This document shows, piece by piece, positions 33,301-48,300 of a stretch of DNA of 64,000 bases (its first letter is position 1; each line of letters starts with the position of its first letter). Source of the DNA: Laetmonice hystrix (taxonomy: Eukaryota). The stretch spans positions 3,412,001 through 3,476,000 of the forward strand of contig OZ249436.1 in the NCBI GenBank assembly GCA_965235115.1, read 5' to 3'. The notes under the pieces are model-generated. The model was not told the DNA's origin and ran no database searches. It worked only from the letters and a program-made list of their open reading frames with translations. Made by a program: the position numbers and the translations under genes.

Positions 33301-36300
33301 TTGTGATGTGTATACTTCCCATTTGAGGATCTTCTACAGATTTTAACATTAGATGCTCCTCGCCTGTACCTTTCATTTCCACTACCTTACTGTAGTGCTT
33401 GCATGGCTACTAGGCCAGTCGGTAAGATGCAGGGACTTCTCACTCTACTCGTTAGCCTCCCACACTGCTTGGCCTCACAGTGTACTGTTTGGCCTGACTT
33501 TACTCTTTGGCCTCACTGTGGTGTTCGCTGGGGTGCTAGGCCAGCCAGTACCTTGTAGCAATTCCTCACTGTACCGTTGGCCTCCCTGTACCGTTTGCTT
33601 GTATACAACAGTAGCCAGTAATATAGGGACGCCTCATGTTTCATGTTTCCATGCCTTTATTGTCCAGGAGGCAGGCCATACGTTTCGTCTATTATCTACT
33701 CCCATCTAATCTATGTCCCCTAGGACCATCTGTAAGCGTGCGAACACGTTGTCAGGTCGTCCCAATGACTGTTTGCCGTAAAGGTTTAGTTAACAATGGC
33801 AAATGACGTTGTACGCCTTTTCTATATCAGATATCCCATCCCCAAGTAAGAAACAAACAAAGAAAGAGTACAGAGATTTGCAGGCAAGAAACACCAGGGT
33901 GCAGCGCAGCTCTACTGAAGCGGCGGCAGAGGCGGTGACTGCACTGCCATCTTCCGGCTACCGGTGGAATCACCACGTATACCTGGCCGGGCTGGCGGGC
34001 ACCTGTGGCTCTTAGGTTAAAGCAATGAGAAGCGAAAAATGGCTACATTTCTGATACGTCAAATTGAAACTACGCCCCCCAAAGTTATGATTCTTAGGCC
34101 AGATGTATAACTGTCAAACGTATAGGTCTCGTACGTTCGCTACAGATATATGGTTGTGATGTGTATACTTCCCATTTGAGTATCCTCTCCAGATTTTAAC
34201 ATTAGATGCTCCTCGCCAGTACCTTTGATTTCCACTACCTCACTGTAGTGTTTGCATGGCTACTAGGCCAGTCGGTAAGATGTAGGGACTTCTCACTCTA
34301 CTGGTTGGCCTCCCACACTGCTTGGCCTCACAGTGTACTGTTTGGCCTGACTTTACTCTTTGGCCTCACTGTAGTGTTCGCTGGGGTGCTATGCCAGCCA
34401 GTACCTTGTAGCGATTTCTCACTGTACCGTTTGTCCTCCCTGTACCGTTTGCTTGTACACAACAGTAGCCAGTAATATAGGGACGCCTCATGTTTCATGT
34501 TTCCATGCCTTTATTGTCCAGGAGGCAGGCCATACGTTTCGTCTATTATCTACTCCCATCTAATCTATGTCCCCTAGGACCATCTGTAAGCGTGCGAACA
34601 CGTTGTCAGGTCGTCCCAATGACTGTTTGCCGTAAAGGTTTAGTTAACAATGGCAAATGACGTTGTACGCCTTTTCTATATCAGATATCTCATCCCCAAG
34701 TAAGAAACAAACAAAGAAAGAGTACAGAGATTTGCAGGCAAGAAACACCAGGGTGCAGCGCAGCTCTACTGAAGCGGCGGCAGAGGCGGTGACTGCACTG
34801 CCATCTTCCGGCTACCGGTGGAATCACCACGTATACCTGGCCGGGCTGGCGGGCACCTGTGGCTCTTAGGTTAAAGCAATGAGAAGCGGAAAATGGCTAC
34901 ATTTCTGATACGTCAAATTGAAACTACGCCCCCTCAAAGTTATGATTCTTAGGCCAGATGTATAACTGTCAAACGTATAGGTCTCGTACGTTCGCTACAG
35001 ATATATGGTTGTGATGTGTATACTTCCCATTTGAGTATCTTCTCCAGATTTTAACATTAGATGCTCCTCGCCAGTACCTTTGATTTCCACTACCTCACTG
35101 TAGTGTTTGCATGGCTACTAGGCCAGTCGGTAAGATGTAGGGACTTCTCACTCTACTGGTTGGCCTCCCACACTGCTTGGCCTCACAGTGTACTGTTTGG
35201 CCTGACTTTACTCTTTGGCCTCACTGTAGTGTTCGCTGGGGTGCTAGGCCAGCCAGTACCTTGTAGCAATTCCTCACTGTACCGTTGGCCTCCCTGTACC
35301 GTTTGCTTGTATACAACAGTAGCCAGTAATATAGGGACGCCTCATGTTTCATGTTTCCATGCCTTTATTGTCCAGGAGGAAGGCCATACGTTTCGTCTAT
35401 TATCTACTCCCATCTAATCTATGTCCCCTAGGACCATCTGTAAGCGTGCGAACACGTTGTCAGGTCGTCCCAATGACTGTTTGCCGTAAAGGTTTAGTTA
35501 ACAATGGCAAATGACGTTGTACGCCTTTTCTATATCAGATATCCCATCCCCAAGTAAGAAACAAACAAAGAAAGAGTACAGAGATTTGCAGGCAAGAAAC
35601 ACCAGGGTGCAGCGCAGCTCTACTGAAGCGGCGGCAGAGGCGGTGACTGCACTGCCATCTTCCGGCTACCGGTGGAATCACCACGTATACGTGGCCGGGC
35701 TGGCGGGCACCTGTGGCTCTTAGGTTAAAGCAATGAGAAGCGAAAAATGGCTACATTTCTGATGCGTCAAATTGAAACTACGCCCCCCAAAGTTATGATT
35801 CTTAGGCCAGATGTATAACTGTCAAACGTATAGGTCTCGTACGTTCGCTACAGTTATATGGTTGTGATGTGTATACTTCCCATTTGAGTATCTTCTCCAG
35901 ATTTTAACATTAGATGCTCCTCGCCAGTACCTTTGATTTCCACTACCTCACTGTAGTGTTTGCATGGCTACTAGGCCAGTCGGTAAGATGTAGGGACTTC
36001 TCACTCTACTGGTTGGCCTCCCACACTGCTTGGCCTCACAGTGTACTGTTTGGCCTGACTTTACTCTTTGGCCTCACTGTAGTGTTCGCTGGGGTGCTAG
36101 GCCAGCCAGTACCTTGTAGCGATTTTTCACTGTACCGTTGGCCTCCCTGTACCGTTTGCTTGTACACAACAGTAGCCAGTAATATAGGGACGCCTCATGT
36201 TTCATGTTTCCATGCCTTTATTGTCCAGGAGGCAGGCCATACGTTTCATCTATCATCTACTCCCATCTAATCTGTGTCCCCTAGAGACCATCTGTAAGCG

Positions 36301-39300
36301 TGCGACAACGTTGTCAGGTCGTCCCAATGACTGTTTGCCGTAGAAGTTTAGTTAACAATGGCAAATGACGTTGTACGCTTTTTCTATATCAGATATCCCA
36401 TCCCCAAGTAAGAAACAAACAAAGAAAGAGTACAGAGATTTGCAGGCAAGAAACACCAGGGTGCAGCGCAGCTCTACTGAAGCGGCGGCAGAGGCGGTGA
36501 CTGCACTGCCATCTTCCGGCTACCGGTGGAATCACCACGTATACCTGGCCGGGCTGGCGGGCACCTATGGCTATTAGGTTAAAGCAATGAGAAGCGAAAA
36601 ATGGCTACATTTCTGATACGTCAAATTGAAACTACGCCCCCCAAAGTTATGATTCTTAGGCCAGATGTATAACTGTCAAACGTATAGGTCTCGTACGTTC
36701 GCTACAGATATATGGTTGTGATGTGTATACTTCCCATTTGAGTATCTTCTCCAGATTTTAACATTAGATGCTCCTCGCCAGTACCTTTGATTTCCACTAC
36801 CTCACTGTAGTGTTTGCATGGCTACTAGGCCAGTCGGTAAGCTGTAGGAACTTCTCACTCTACTGGTTGGCCTCCCACACTGCTTGGCCTCACAGTGTAC
36901 TGTTTGGCCTGACTTTACTCTTTGGCCTCACTGTAGTGTTCGCTGGGGTGCTATGCCAGCCAGTACCTTGTAGCGATTTCTCACTGTACCGTTTGTCCTC
37001 CCTGTACCGTTTGCTTGTACACAACAGTAGCCAGTAATATAGGGACGCCTCATGTTTCATGTTTCCATGCCTTTATTGTCCAGGAGGCAGGCCATACGTT
37101 TCGTCTATTATCTACTCCCATCTAATCTATGTCCCCTAGGACCATCTGTAAGCGTGCGAACACGTTGTCAGGTCGTCCCAATGACTGTTTGCCGTAAAGG
37201 TTTAGTTAACAATGGCAAATGACGTTGTACGCCTTTTCTATATCAGATATCTCATCCCCAAGTAAGAAACAAACAAAGAAAGAGTACAGAGATTTGCAGG
37301 CAAGAAACACCAGGGTGCAGCGCAGCTCTACTGAAGCGGCGGCAGAGGCGGTGACTGCACTGCCATCTTCCGGCTACCGGTGGAATCACCACGTATACCT
37401 GGCCGGGCTGGCGGGCACCTGTGGCTCTTAGGTTAAAGCAATGAGAAGCGAAAAATGGCTACATTTCTGATACGTCAAATTAAAACTACGCCCCCCAAGG
37501 TTATGATTCTTAGGCCAGATGTATAACTGTCAAACGTATAGGTCTCGTACGTTCGCTACAGATATATGGTTGTGATGTGTATACTTCCCATTTGAGTATC
37601 TTCTCCAGATTTTAACATTAGATGCTCCTCGCCAGTACCTTTGATTTCCACTACCTCACTGTAGTGTTTGCATGGCTACTAGGCCAGTCGGTAAGATGTA
37701 GGGACTTCTCACTCTACTGGTTGGCCTCCCACACTGCTTGGCCTCACAGTGTACTGTTTGGCCTGACTTTACTCTTTGGCCTCACTGTAGTGTTCGCTGG
37801 GGTGCTAGGCCAGCCAGTACCTTGTAGCAATTCCTCACTGTACCGTTGGCCTCCCTGTACCGTTTGCTTGTATACAACAGTAGCCAGTAATATAGGGACG
37901 CCTCATGTTTTATGTTTCCATGCCTTTATTGTCCAGGAGGAAGGCCATACGTTTCGTCTATTATCTACTCCCATCTAATCTATGTCCCCTAGGACCATCT
38001 GTAAGCGTGCGAACACGTTGTCAGGTCGTCCCAATGACTGTTTGCCGTAAAGGTTTAGTTAACAATGGCAAATGACGTTGTACGCCTTTTCTATATCAGA
38101 TGTCCCATCCCCAAGTAAGAAACAAAGAAAGAAAGAGTACAGAGATTTGCAGGCAAGAAACACCAGGGTGCAGCGCAGCTCTACTGAAGCGGCGGCAGAG
38201 GCGGTGACTGCACTGCCATCTATCGGCTACCGGTGGAATCACCACGTATACCTGGCCGGGCTGGCGGGCACCTGTGGCTCTTAGGTTAAAGCAATGAGAA
38301 GCGGAAAATGGCTACATTTCTGATACGTCAAATTGAAACTACGCCCCCCAAAGTTATGATTCTTAGGCCAGATGTATAACTGTCAAACGTATAGGTCTCG
38401 TACGTTCGCTACAGATATATGGTTGTGATGTGTATACTTACCATTTGAGTATCTTCTCCAGATTTTACCATTAGATGCTCCTCGCCAGTACCTTTGATTT
38501 CCACTACCTCACTATAGTGTTTGCATGGCTACTAGGCCAGTCGGTAAGATGTAGGGACTTCTCACTCTACTGGTTGGCCTCCCACACTGCTTGGCCTCAC
38601 AGTGTACTGTTTGGCCTGACTTTACTCTTTGGCCTCACTGTAGTGTTCGCTGGGCTGCTAGGCCAGCCAGTACCTTGTAGCGATTTCTCACTGTACCGTT
38701 TGTCCTCCCTGTACCGTTTGCTTGTACACAACAGTAGCCAGTAATATAGGGACGCCTCATGTTTCATGTTTCCATGCCTTTATTGTCCAGGAGGCAGGCC
38801 ATACGTTTCATCTATCATCTACTCCCATCTAATCTGTGTCCCCTAGAGACCATCTGTAAGCGTGCGACAACGTTGTCAGGTCGTCCCAATGACTGTTTGC
38901 CGTAGAAGTTTAGTTAACAATGGCAAATGACGTTGTACGCCTTTTCTATATCAGATATCCCATCCCCAAGTAAGAAACAAACAAAGAAAGAGTACAGAGA
39001 TTTGCAGGCAAGAAACACCAGGGTGCAGCGCAGCTCTACTGAAGCGGCGGCAGAGGCGGTGACTGCACTGCCATCTTCCGGCTACCGGTGGAATCACCAC
39101 GTATACCTGGCCGGGCTGGCGGGCACCTATGGCTATTAGGTTAAAGCAATGAGAAGCGGAAAATGGCTCCATTTCTGATACGTCAAATTGAAACTACGCC
39201 CCCCAAAGTTCTTAGGCCAGATGTATAACTGTCAAACGTAAAGGTCTCGTACGTTCGCTCCAGATATATGGTTGTGATGTGTATACTTCCCATTTGAGGA

Positions 39301-42300
39301 TCTTCTACAGATTTTAACATTAGATGCTCCTCGCCTGTACCTTTCATTTCCACTACCTTACTGTAGTGCTTGCATGGCTACTAGGCCAGTCGGTAAGATG
39401 CAGGGACTTCTCACTCTACTCGTTGGCCTCCCACACTGCTTGGCCTCACAGTGTACTGTTTGGCCTGACTTTACTCTTTTGCCTCACTGTAGTGTTCGCT
39501 GGGGTGCTAGGCCAGCCAGTACCTTGTAGCAATTCCTCACTGTACCGTTGGCCTCCCTGTACCGTTTGCTTGTATACAACAGTAGCCAGTAATATAGGGA
39601 CGCCTCATGTTTCATGTTTCCATGCCTTTATTGTCCAGGAGGCAGGCCATACGTTTCGTCTATTATCTACTCCCATCTAATCTATGTCCCCTAGGACCAT
39701 CTGTAAGCGTGCGAACACGTTGTCAGGTCGTCCCAATGACTGTTTGCCGTAAAGGTTTAGTTAACAATGGCAAATGACGTTGTACGCCTTTTCTATATCA
39801 GATATCCCATCCCCAAGTAAGAAACAAACAAAGAAAGAGTACAGAGATTTGCAGGCAAGAAACACCAGGGTGCAGCGCAGCTCTACTGAAGCGGCGGCAG
39901 AGGCGGTGACTGCACTGCCATCTTCCGGCTACCGGTGGAATCACCACGTATACGTGGCCGGGCTGGCGGGCACCTGTGGCTCTTAGGTTAAAGCAATGAG
40001 AAGCGAAAAATGGCTACATTTCTGATACGTCAAATTGAAACTACGCCCCCCAAAGTTATGATTCTTAGGCCAGATGTATAACTGTCAAACGTATAGGTCT
40101 CGTACGTTCGCTACAGTTATATGGTTGTGATGTGTATACTTCCCATTTGAGTATCTTCTCCAGATTTTAACATTAGATGCTCCTCGCCAGTACCTTTGAT
40201 TTCCACTACCTCACTGTAGTGTTTGCATGGCTACTAGGCCAGTCGGTAAGATGTAGGGACTTCTCACTCTACTGGTTGGCCTCCCACACTGCTTGGCCTC
40301 ACAGTGTACTGTTTGGCCTGACTTTACTCTTTGGCCTCACTGTAGTGTTCGCTGGGGTGCTAGGCCAGCCAGTACCTTGTAGCGATTTTTCACTGTACCG
40401 TTGGCCTCCCTGTACCGTTTGCTTGTACACAACAGTAGCCAGTAATATAGGGACGCCTCATGTTTCATGTTTCCATGCCTTTATTGTCCAGGAGGCAGGC
40501 CATACGTTTCATCTATCATCTACTCCCATCTAATCTGTGTCCCCTAGAGACCATCTGTAAGCGTGCGACAACGTTGTCAGGTCGTCCCAATGACTGTTTG
40601 CCGTAGAAGTTTAGTTAACAATGGCAAATGACGTTGTACGCTTTTTCTATATCAGATATCCCATCCCCAAGTAAGAAACAAACAAAGAAAGAGTACAGAG
40701 ATTTGCAGGCAAGAAACACCAGGGTGCAGCGCAGCTCTACTGAAGCGGCGGCAGAGGCGGTGACTGCACTGCCATCTTCCGGCTACCGGTGGAATCACCA
40801 CGTATACCTGGCCGGGCTGGCGGGCACCTATGGCTATTAGGTTAAAGCAATGAGAAGCGGAAAATGGCTCCATTTCTGATACGTCAAATTGAAACTACGC
40901 CCCCCAAAGTTATGATTCTTAGGCCAGATGTATAACTGTCAAACGTATAGGTCTCGTACGTTCGCTACAGATATATGGTTGTGATGTGTATACTTCCCAT
41001 TTGAGTATCTTCTCCAGATTTTAACATTAGATGCTCCTCGCCAGTACCTTTGATTTCCACTACCTCACTGTAGTGTTTGCATGGCTACTAGGCCAGTCGG
41101 TAAGATGTAGGGACTTCTCACTCTACTGGTTGGCCTCCCACACTGCTTGGCCTCACAGTGTACTGTTTGGCCTGACTTTACTCTTTGGCCTCACTGTAGT
41201 GTTCGCTGGGGTGCTAGGCCAGCCAGTACCTTGTAGCAATTCCTCACTGTACCGTTGGCCTCCCTGTACCGTTTGCTTGTATACAACAGTAGCCAGTAAT
41301 ATAGGGACGCCTCATGTTTCATGTTTCCATGCCTTTATTGTCCAGGAGGCAGGCCATACGTTTCGTCTATTATCTACTCCCATCTAATCTATGTCCCCTA
41401 GGACCATCTGTAAGCGTGCGAACACGTTGTCAGGTCGTCCCAATGACTGTTTGCCGTAAAGGTTTAGTTAACAATGGCAAATGACGTTGTACGCCTTTTC
41501 TATATCAGATGTCCCATCCCCAAGTAAGAAACAAAGAAAGAAAGAGTACAGAGATTTGCAGGCAAGAAACACCAGGGTGCAGCGCAGCTCTACTGAAGCG
41601 GCGGCAGAGGCGGTGACTGCACTGCCATCTTCCGGCTACCGGTGGAATCACCACGTATACCTGGCCGGGCTGGCGGGCACCTGTGGCTCTTAGGTTAAAG
41701 CAATGAGAAGCGGAAAATGGCTACATTTCTGATACGTCAAATTGAAACTACGCCCCCCAAAGTTATGATTCTTAGGCCAGATGTATAACTGTCAAACGTA
41801 TAGGTCTCGTACGTTCGCTACAGATATATGGTTGTGATGTGTATACTTACCATTTGAGTATCTTCTCCAGATTTTACCATTAGATGCTCCTCGCCAGTAC
41901 CTTTGATTTCCACTACCTCACTATAGTGTTTGCATGGCTACTAGGCCAGTCGGTAAGATGTAGGGACTTCTCACTCTACTGGTTGGCCTCCCACACTGCT
42001 TGGCCTCACAGTGTACTGTTTGGCCTGACTTTACTCTTTGGCCTCACTGTAGTGTTCGCTGGGCTGCTAGGCCAGCCAGTACCTTGTAGCGATTTCTCAC
42101 TGTACCGTTTGTCCTCCCTGTACCGTTTGCTTGTACACAACAGTAGCCAGTAATATAGGGACGCCTCATGTTTCATGTTTCCATGCCTTTATTGTCCAGG
42201 AGGCAGGCCATACGTTTCATCTATCATCTACTCCCATCTAATCTGTGTCCCCTAGAGACCATCTGTAAGCGTGCGACAACGTTGTCAGGTCGTCCCAATG

Positions 42301-45300
42301 ACTGTTTGCCGTAGAAGTTTAGTTAACAATGGCAAATGACGTTGTACGCCTTTTCTATATCAGATATCCCATCCCCAAGTAAGAAACAAACAAAGAAAGA
42401 GTACAGAGATTTGCAGGCAAGAAACACCAGGGTGCAGCGCAGCTCTACTGAAGCGGCGGCAGAGGCGGTGACTGCACTGCCATCTTCCGGCTACCGGTGG
42501 AATCACCACGTATACCTGGCCGGGCTGGCGGGCACCTATGGCTATTAGGTTAAAGCAATGAGAAGCGGAAAATGGCTCCATTTCTGATACGTCAAATTGA
42601 AACTACGCCCCCCAAAGTTCTTAGGCCAGATGTATAACTGTCAAACGTAAAGGTCTCGTACGTTCGCTACAGATATATGGTTGTGATGTGTATACTTCCC
42701 ATTTGAGTATCTTCTCCAGATTTTAACATTAGATGCTCCTCGCCAGTACCTTTGATTTCCACTACCTCACTGTAGTGCTTGCATGGCTACTAGGCCAGTC
42801 GGTAAGATGCAGGGACTTCTCACTCTACTCGTTGGCCTCCCACACTGATTGGCCTCACAGTGTACTGTTTGGCCTGACTTTACTCTTTGGCCTCACTGTA
42901 GTGTTCGCTGGGGTGCTAGGCCAGCCAGTACCTTGTAGCAATTCCTCACTGTACCGTTGGCCTCCCTGTACCGTTTGCTTGTATACAACAGTAGCCAGTA
43001 ATATAGGGACGCCTCATGTTTCATGTTTCCATGCCTTTATTGTCCAGGAGGCAGGCCATACGTTTCGTCTATTATCTACTCCCATCTAATCTATGTCCCC
43101 TAGGACCATCTGTAAGCGTGCGAACACGTTGTCAGGTCGTCCCAATGACTGTTTGCCGTAAAGGTTTAGTTAACAATGGCAAATGACGTTGTACGCCTTT
43201 TCTATATCAGATATCCCATCCCCAAGTAAGAAACAAACAAAGAAAGAGTACAGAGATTTGCAGGCAAGAAACACCAGGGTGCAGCGCAGCTCTACTGAAG
43301 CGGCGGCAGAGGCGGTGACTGCACTGCCATCTTCCGGCTACCGGTGGAATCACCACGTATACCTGGCCGGGCTGGCGGGCACCTGTGGCTCTTAGGTTAA
43401 AGCAATGAGAAGCGAAAAATGGCTACATTTCTGATACGTCAAATTGAAACTACGCCCCCCAAAGTTATGATTCTTAGGCCAGATGTATAACTGTCAAACG
43501 TATAGGTCTCGTACGTTCGCTACAGATATATGGTTGTGATGTGTATACTTCCCATTTGAGTATCTTCTCCAGATTTTAACATTAGATGCTCCTCGCCAGT
43601 ACCTTTCATTTCAACTACCTCACTGTAGTGTTTGCATGGCTACTAGGCCAGTCGGTAAGATGTAGGGACTTCTCACTCTACTGGTTGGCCTCCCACACTG
43701 CTTGGCCTCACAGTGTACTGTTTGGCCTGACTTTACTCTTTGGCCTCACTGTAGTGTTCGCTGGGGTGCTAGGCCAGCCAGTACCTTGTAGCGATTTTTC
43801 ACTGTACCGTTGGCCTCCCTGTACCGTTTGCTTGTACACAACAGTAGCCAGTAATATAGGGACGCCTCATGTTTCATGTTTCCATGCCTTTATTGTCCAG
43901 GAGGCAGGCCATACGTTTCATCTATCATCTACTCCCATCTAATCTGTGTCCCCTAGAGACCATCTGTAAGCGTGCGACAACGTTGTCAGGTCGTCCCAAT
44001 GACTGTTTGCCGTAGAAGTTTAGTTAACAATGGCAAATGACGTTGTACGCTTTTTCTATATCAGATATCCCATCCCCAAGTAAGAAACAAACAAAGAAAG
44101 AGTACAGAGATTTGCAGGCAAGAAACACCAGGGTGCAGCGCAGCTCTACTGAAGCGGCGGCAGAGGCGGTGACTGCACTGCCATCTTCCGGCTACCGGTG
44201 GAATCACCACGTATACCTGGCCGGGCTGGCGGGCACCTATGGCTATTAGGTTAAAGCAATGAGAAGCGGAAAATGGCTACATTTCTGATACGTCAAATTG
44301 AAACTACGCCCCCCAAAGTTATGATTCTTAGGCCAGATGTATAACTGTCAAACGTATAGGTCTCGTACGTTCGCTACAGATATATGGTTGTGATGTGTAT
44401 ACTTCCCATTTGAGTATCTTCTCCAGATTTTAACATTAGATGCTCCTCGCCAGTACCTTTGATTTCCACTACCTCACTGTAGTGTTTGCATGGCTACTAG
44501 GCCAGTCGGTAAGATGTAGGGACTTCTCACTCTACTGGTTGGCCTCCCACACTGCTTGGCCTCACAGTGTACTGTTTGGCCTGACTTTACTCTTTGGCCT
44601 CACTGTAGTGTTCGCTGGGGTGCTAGGCCAGCCAGTACCTTGTAGCAATTCCTCACTGTACCGTTGGCCTCCCTGTACCGTTTGCTTGTATACAACAGTA
44701 GCCAGTAATATAGGGACGCCTCATGTTTCATGTTTCCATGCCTTTATTGTCCAGGAGGCAGGCCATACGTTTCGTCTATTATCTACTCCCATCTAATCTA
44801 TGTCCCCTAGGACCATCTGTAAGCGTGCGAACACGTTGTCAGGTCGTCCCAATGACTGTTTGCCGTAAAGGTTTAGTTAACAATGGCAAATGACGTTGTA
44901 CGCCTTTTCTATATCAGATGTCCCATCCCCAAGTAAGAAACAAAGAAAGAAAGAGTACAGAGATTTGCAGGCAAGAAACACCAGGGTGCAGCGCAGCTCT
45001 ACTGAAGCGGCGGCAGAGGCGGTGACTGCACTGCCATCTTCCGGCTACCGGTGGAATCACCACGTATACCTGGCCGGGCTGGCGGGCACCTGTGGCTCTT
45101 AGGTTAAAGCAATGAGAAGCGGAAAATGGCTCCATTTCTGATACGTCAAATTGAAACTACGCCCCCCAAAGTTCTTAGGCCAGATGTATAACTGTCAAAC
45201 GTAAAGGTCTCGTACGTTCGCTCCAGATATATGGTTGTGATGTGTATACTTCCCATTTGAGGATCTTCTACAGATTTTAACATTAGATGCTCCTCGCCTG

Positions 45301-48300
45301 TACCTTTCATTTCCACTACCTTACTGTAGTGCTTGCATGGCTACTAGGCCAGTCGGTAAGATGCAGGGACTTCTCACTCTACTCGTTGGCCTCCCACACT
45401 GCTTGGCCTCACAGTGTACTGTTTGGCCTGACTTTACTCTTTGGCCTCACTGTAGTGTTCGCTGGGGTGCTAGGCCAGCCAGTACCTTGTAGCAATTCCT
45501 CACTGTACCGTTGGCCTCCCTGTACCGTTTGCTTGTATACAACAGTAGCCAGTAATATAGGGACGCCTCATGTTTCATGTTTCCATGCCTTTATTGTCCA
45601 GGAGGCAGGCCATACGTTTCGTCTATTATCTACTCCCATCTAATCTATGTCCCCTAGGACCATCTGTAAGCGTGCGAACACGTTGTCAGGTCGTCCCAAT
45701 GACTGTTTGCCGTAAAGGTTTAGTTAACAATGGCAAATGACGTTGTACGCCTTTTCTATATCAGATATCCCATCCCCAAGTTAGAAACAAAGAAAGAAAG
45801 AGTACAGAGATTTGCAGGCAAGAAACACCAGGGTGCAGCGCAGCTCTACTGAAGCGGCGGCAGAGGCGGTGACTGCACTGCCATCTTCCGGCTACCGGTG
45901 GAATCACCACGTATACCTGGCCGGGCTGGCGGGCACCTGTGGCTCTTAGGTTAAAGCAATGAGAAGCGAAAAATGGCTACATTTCTGATACGTCAAATTG
46001 AAACTACGCCCCCTAAGTTATGATTCTTAGGCCAGATGTATAACTGTCAAACGTATAGGTCTCGTACGTTCGCTACAGATATATGGTTGTGATGTGTATA
46101 CTTCCCATTTGAGTATCTTCTCCAGATTTTAACATTAGATGCTCCTCGCCAGTACCTTTGATTTCCACTACCTCACTGTAGTGTTTGCATGGCTACTAGG
46201 CCAGTCGGTAAGATGTAGGGACTTCTCACTCTACTGGTTGGCCTCCCACACTGCTTGGCCTCACAGTGTACTGTTTGGCCTGACTTTACTCTTTGGCCTC
46301 ACTGTAGTGTTCGCTGGGGTGCTAGGCCAGCCAGTACCTTGTAGCGATTTTTCACTGTACCGTTTGTCCTCCCTGTACCGTTTGCTTGTACACAACAGTA
46401 GCCAGTAATATAGGGACGCCTCATGTTTCATGTTTCCATGCCTTTATTGTCCAGGAGGCAGGCCATACGTTTCATCTATCATCTACTCCCATCTAATCTG
46501 TGTCCCCTAGAGACCATCTGTAAGCGTGCGACAACGTTGTCAGGTCGTCCCAATGACTGTTTGCCGTAGAAGTTTAGTTAACAATGGCAAATGACGTTGT
46601 ACGCTTTTTCTATATCAGATATCCCATCCCCAAGTAAGAAACAAACAAAGAAAGAGTACAGAGATTTGCAGGCAAGAAACACCAGGGTGCAGCGCAGCTC
46701 TACTGAAGCGGCGGCAGAGGCGGTGACTGCACTGCCATCTTCCGGCTACCGGTGGAATCACCACGTATACCTGGCCGGGCTGGCGGGCACCTATGGCTAT
46801 TAGGTTAAAGCAATGAGAAGCGGAAAATGGCTACATTTCTGATACGTCAAATTGAAACTACGCCCCCCAAAGTTATGATTCTTAGGCCAGATGTATAACT
46901 GTCAAACGTATAGGTCTCGTACGTTCGCTACAGATATATGGTTGTGATGTGTATACTTCCCATTTGAGTATCTTCTCCAGATTTTAACATTAGATGCTCC
47001 TCGCCAGTACCTTTGATTTCCACTACCTCACTGTAGTGTTTGCATGGCTACTAGGCCAGTCGGTAAGATGTAGGGACTTCTCACTCTACTGGTTGGCCTC
47101 CCACACTGCTTGGCCTCACAGTGTACTGTTTGGCCTGACTTTACTCTTTGGCCTCACTGTAGTGTTCGCTGGGGTGCTAGGCCAGCCAGTACCTTGTAGC
47201 AATTCGTCACTGTACCGTTGGCCTCCCTGTACCGTTTGCTTGTATACAACAGTAGCCAGTAATATAGGGACGCCTCATGTTTCATGTTTCCATGCCTTTA
47301 TTGTCCAGGAGGCAGGCCATACGTTTCGTCTATTATCTACTCCCATCTAATCTATGTCCCCTAGGACCATCTGTAAGCGTGCGAACACGTTGTCAGGTCG
47401 TCCCAATGACTGTTTGCCGTAAAGGTTTAGTTAACAATGGCAAATGACGTTGTACGCCTTTTCTATATCAGATGTCCCATCCCCAAGTAAGAAACAAAGA
47501 AAGAAAGAGTACAGAGATTTGCAGGCAAGAAACACCAGGGTGCAGCGCAGCTCTACTGAAGCGGCGGCAGAGGCGGTGACTGCACTGCCATCTTCCGGCT
47601 ACCGGTGGAATCACCACGTATACCTGGCCGGGCTGGCGGGCACCTGTGGCTCTTAGGTTAAAGCAATGAGAAGCGGAAAATGGCTACATTTCTGATACGT
47701 CAAATTGAAACTACGCCCCCCAAAGTTATGATTCTTAGGCCAGATGTATAACTGTCAAACGTATAGGTCTCGTACGTTCGCTACAGATATATGGTTGTGA
47801 TGTTTATACATGTACTTCCCATTTGAGTATCTTCTCCAGATTTTAACATTAGATGCTCCTCGCCAGTACCTTTCATTTCCACTACCTCACTGTAGTGTTT
47901 GCATGGCTACTAGGCCAGTCGGTAAGATGTAGGGACTTCTCACTCTACTGGTTGGCCTCCCACACTGCTTGGCCTTACAGTGTGACTTTACTCTTTGGCC
48001 TCACTGTAGTGTTCGCTGGGGTGCTAGGCCAGCCAGTACCTTGTATCAATTCGTCACTGTACCGTTGGCCTCCCTGTACCGTTTGCTTGTATACAACAGT
48101 AGCCAGTAATATAGGGACGCCTCATGTTTCATGTTTCCATGCCTTTATTGTCCAGGAGGCAGGCCATACGTTTCGTCTATTATCTACTCCCATCTAATCT
48201 ATGTCCCCTAGGACCATCTGTAAGCGTGCGAACACGTTGTCAGGTCGTCCCAATGACTGTTTGCCGTAAAGGTTTAGTTAACAATGGCAAATGACGTTGT

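Noticed and set aside
47807..47814. 6-bp insertion as a Polinton excision footprint
   Set aside because: A retained TSD would read GTGTATGTGTAT. The observed TACATGTA fits a TA-targeting Tc1/mariner footprint better.
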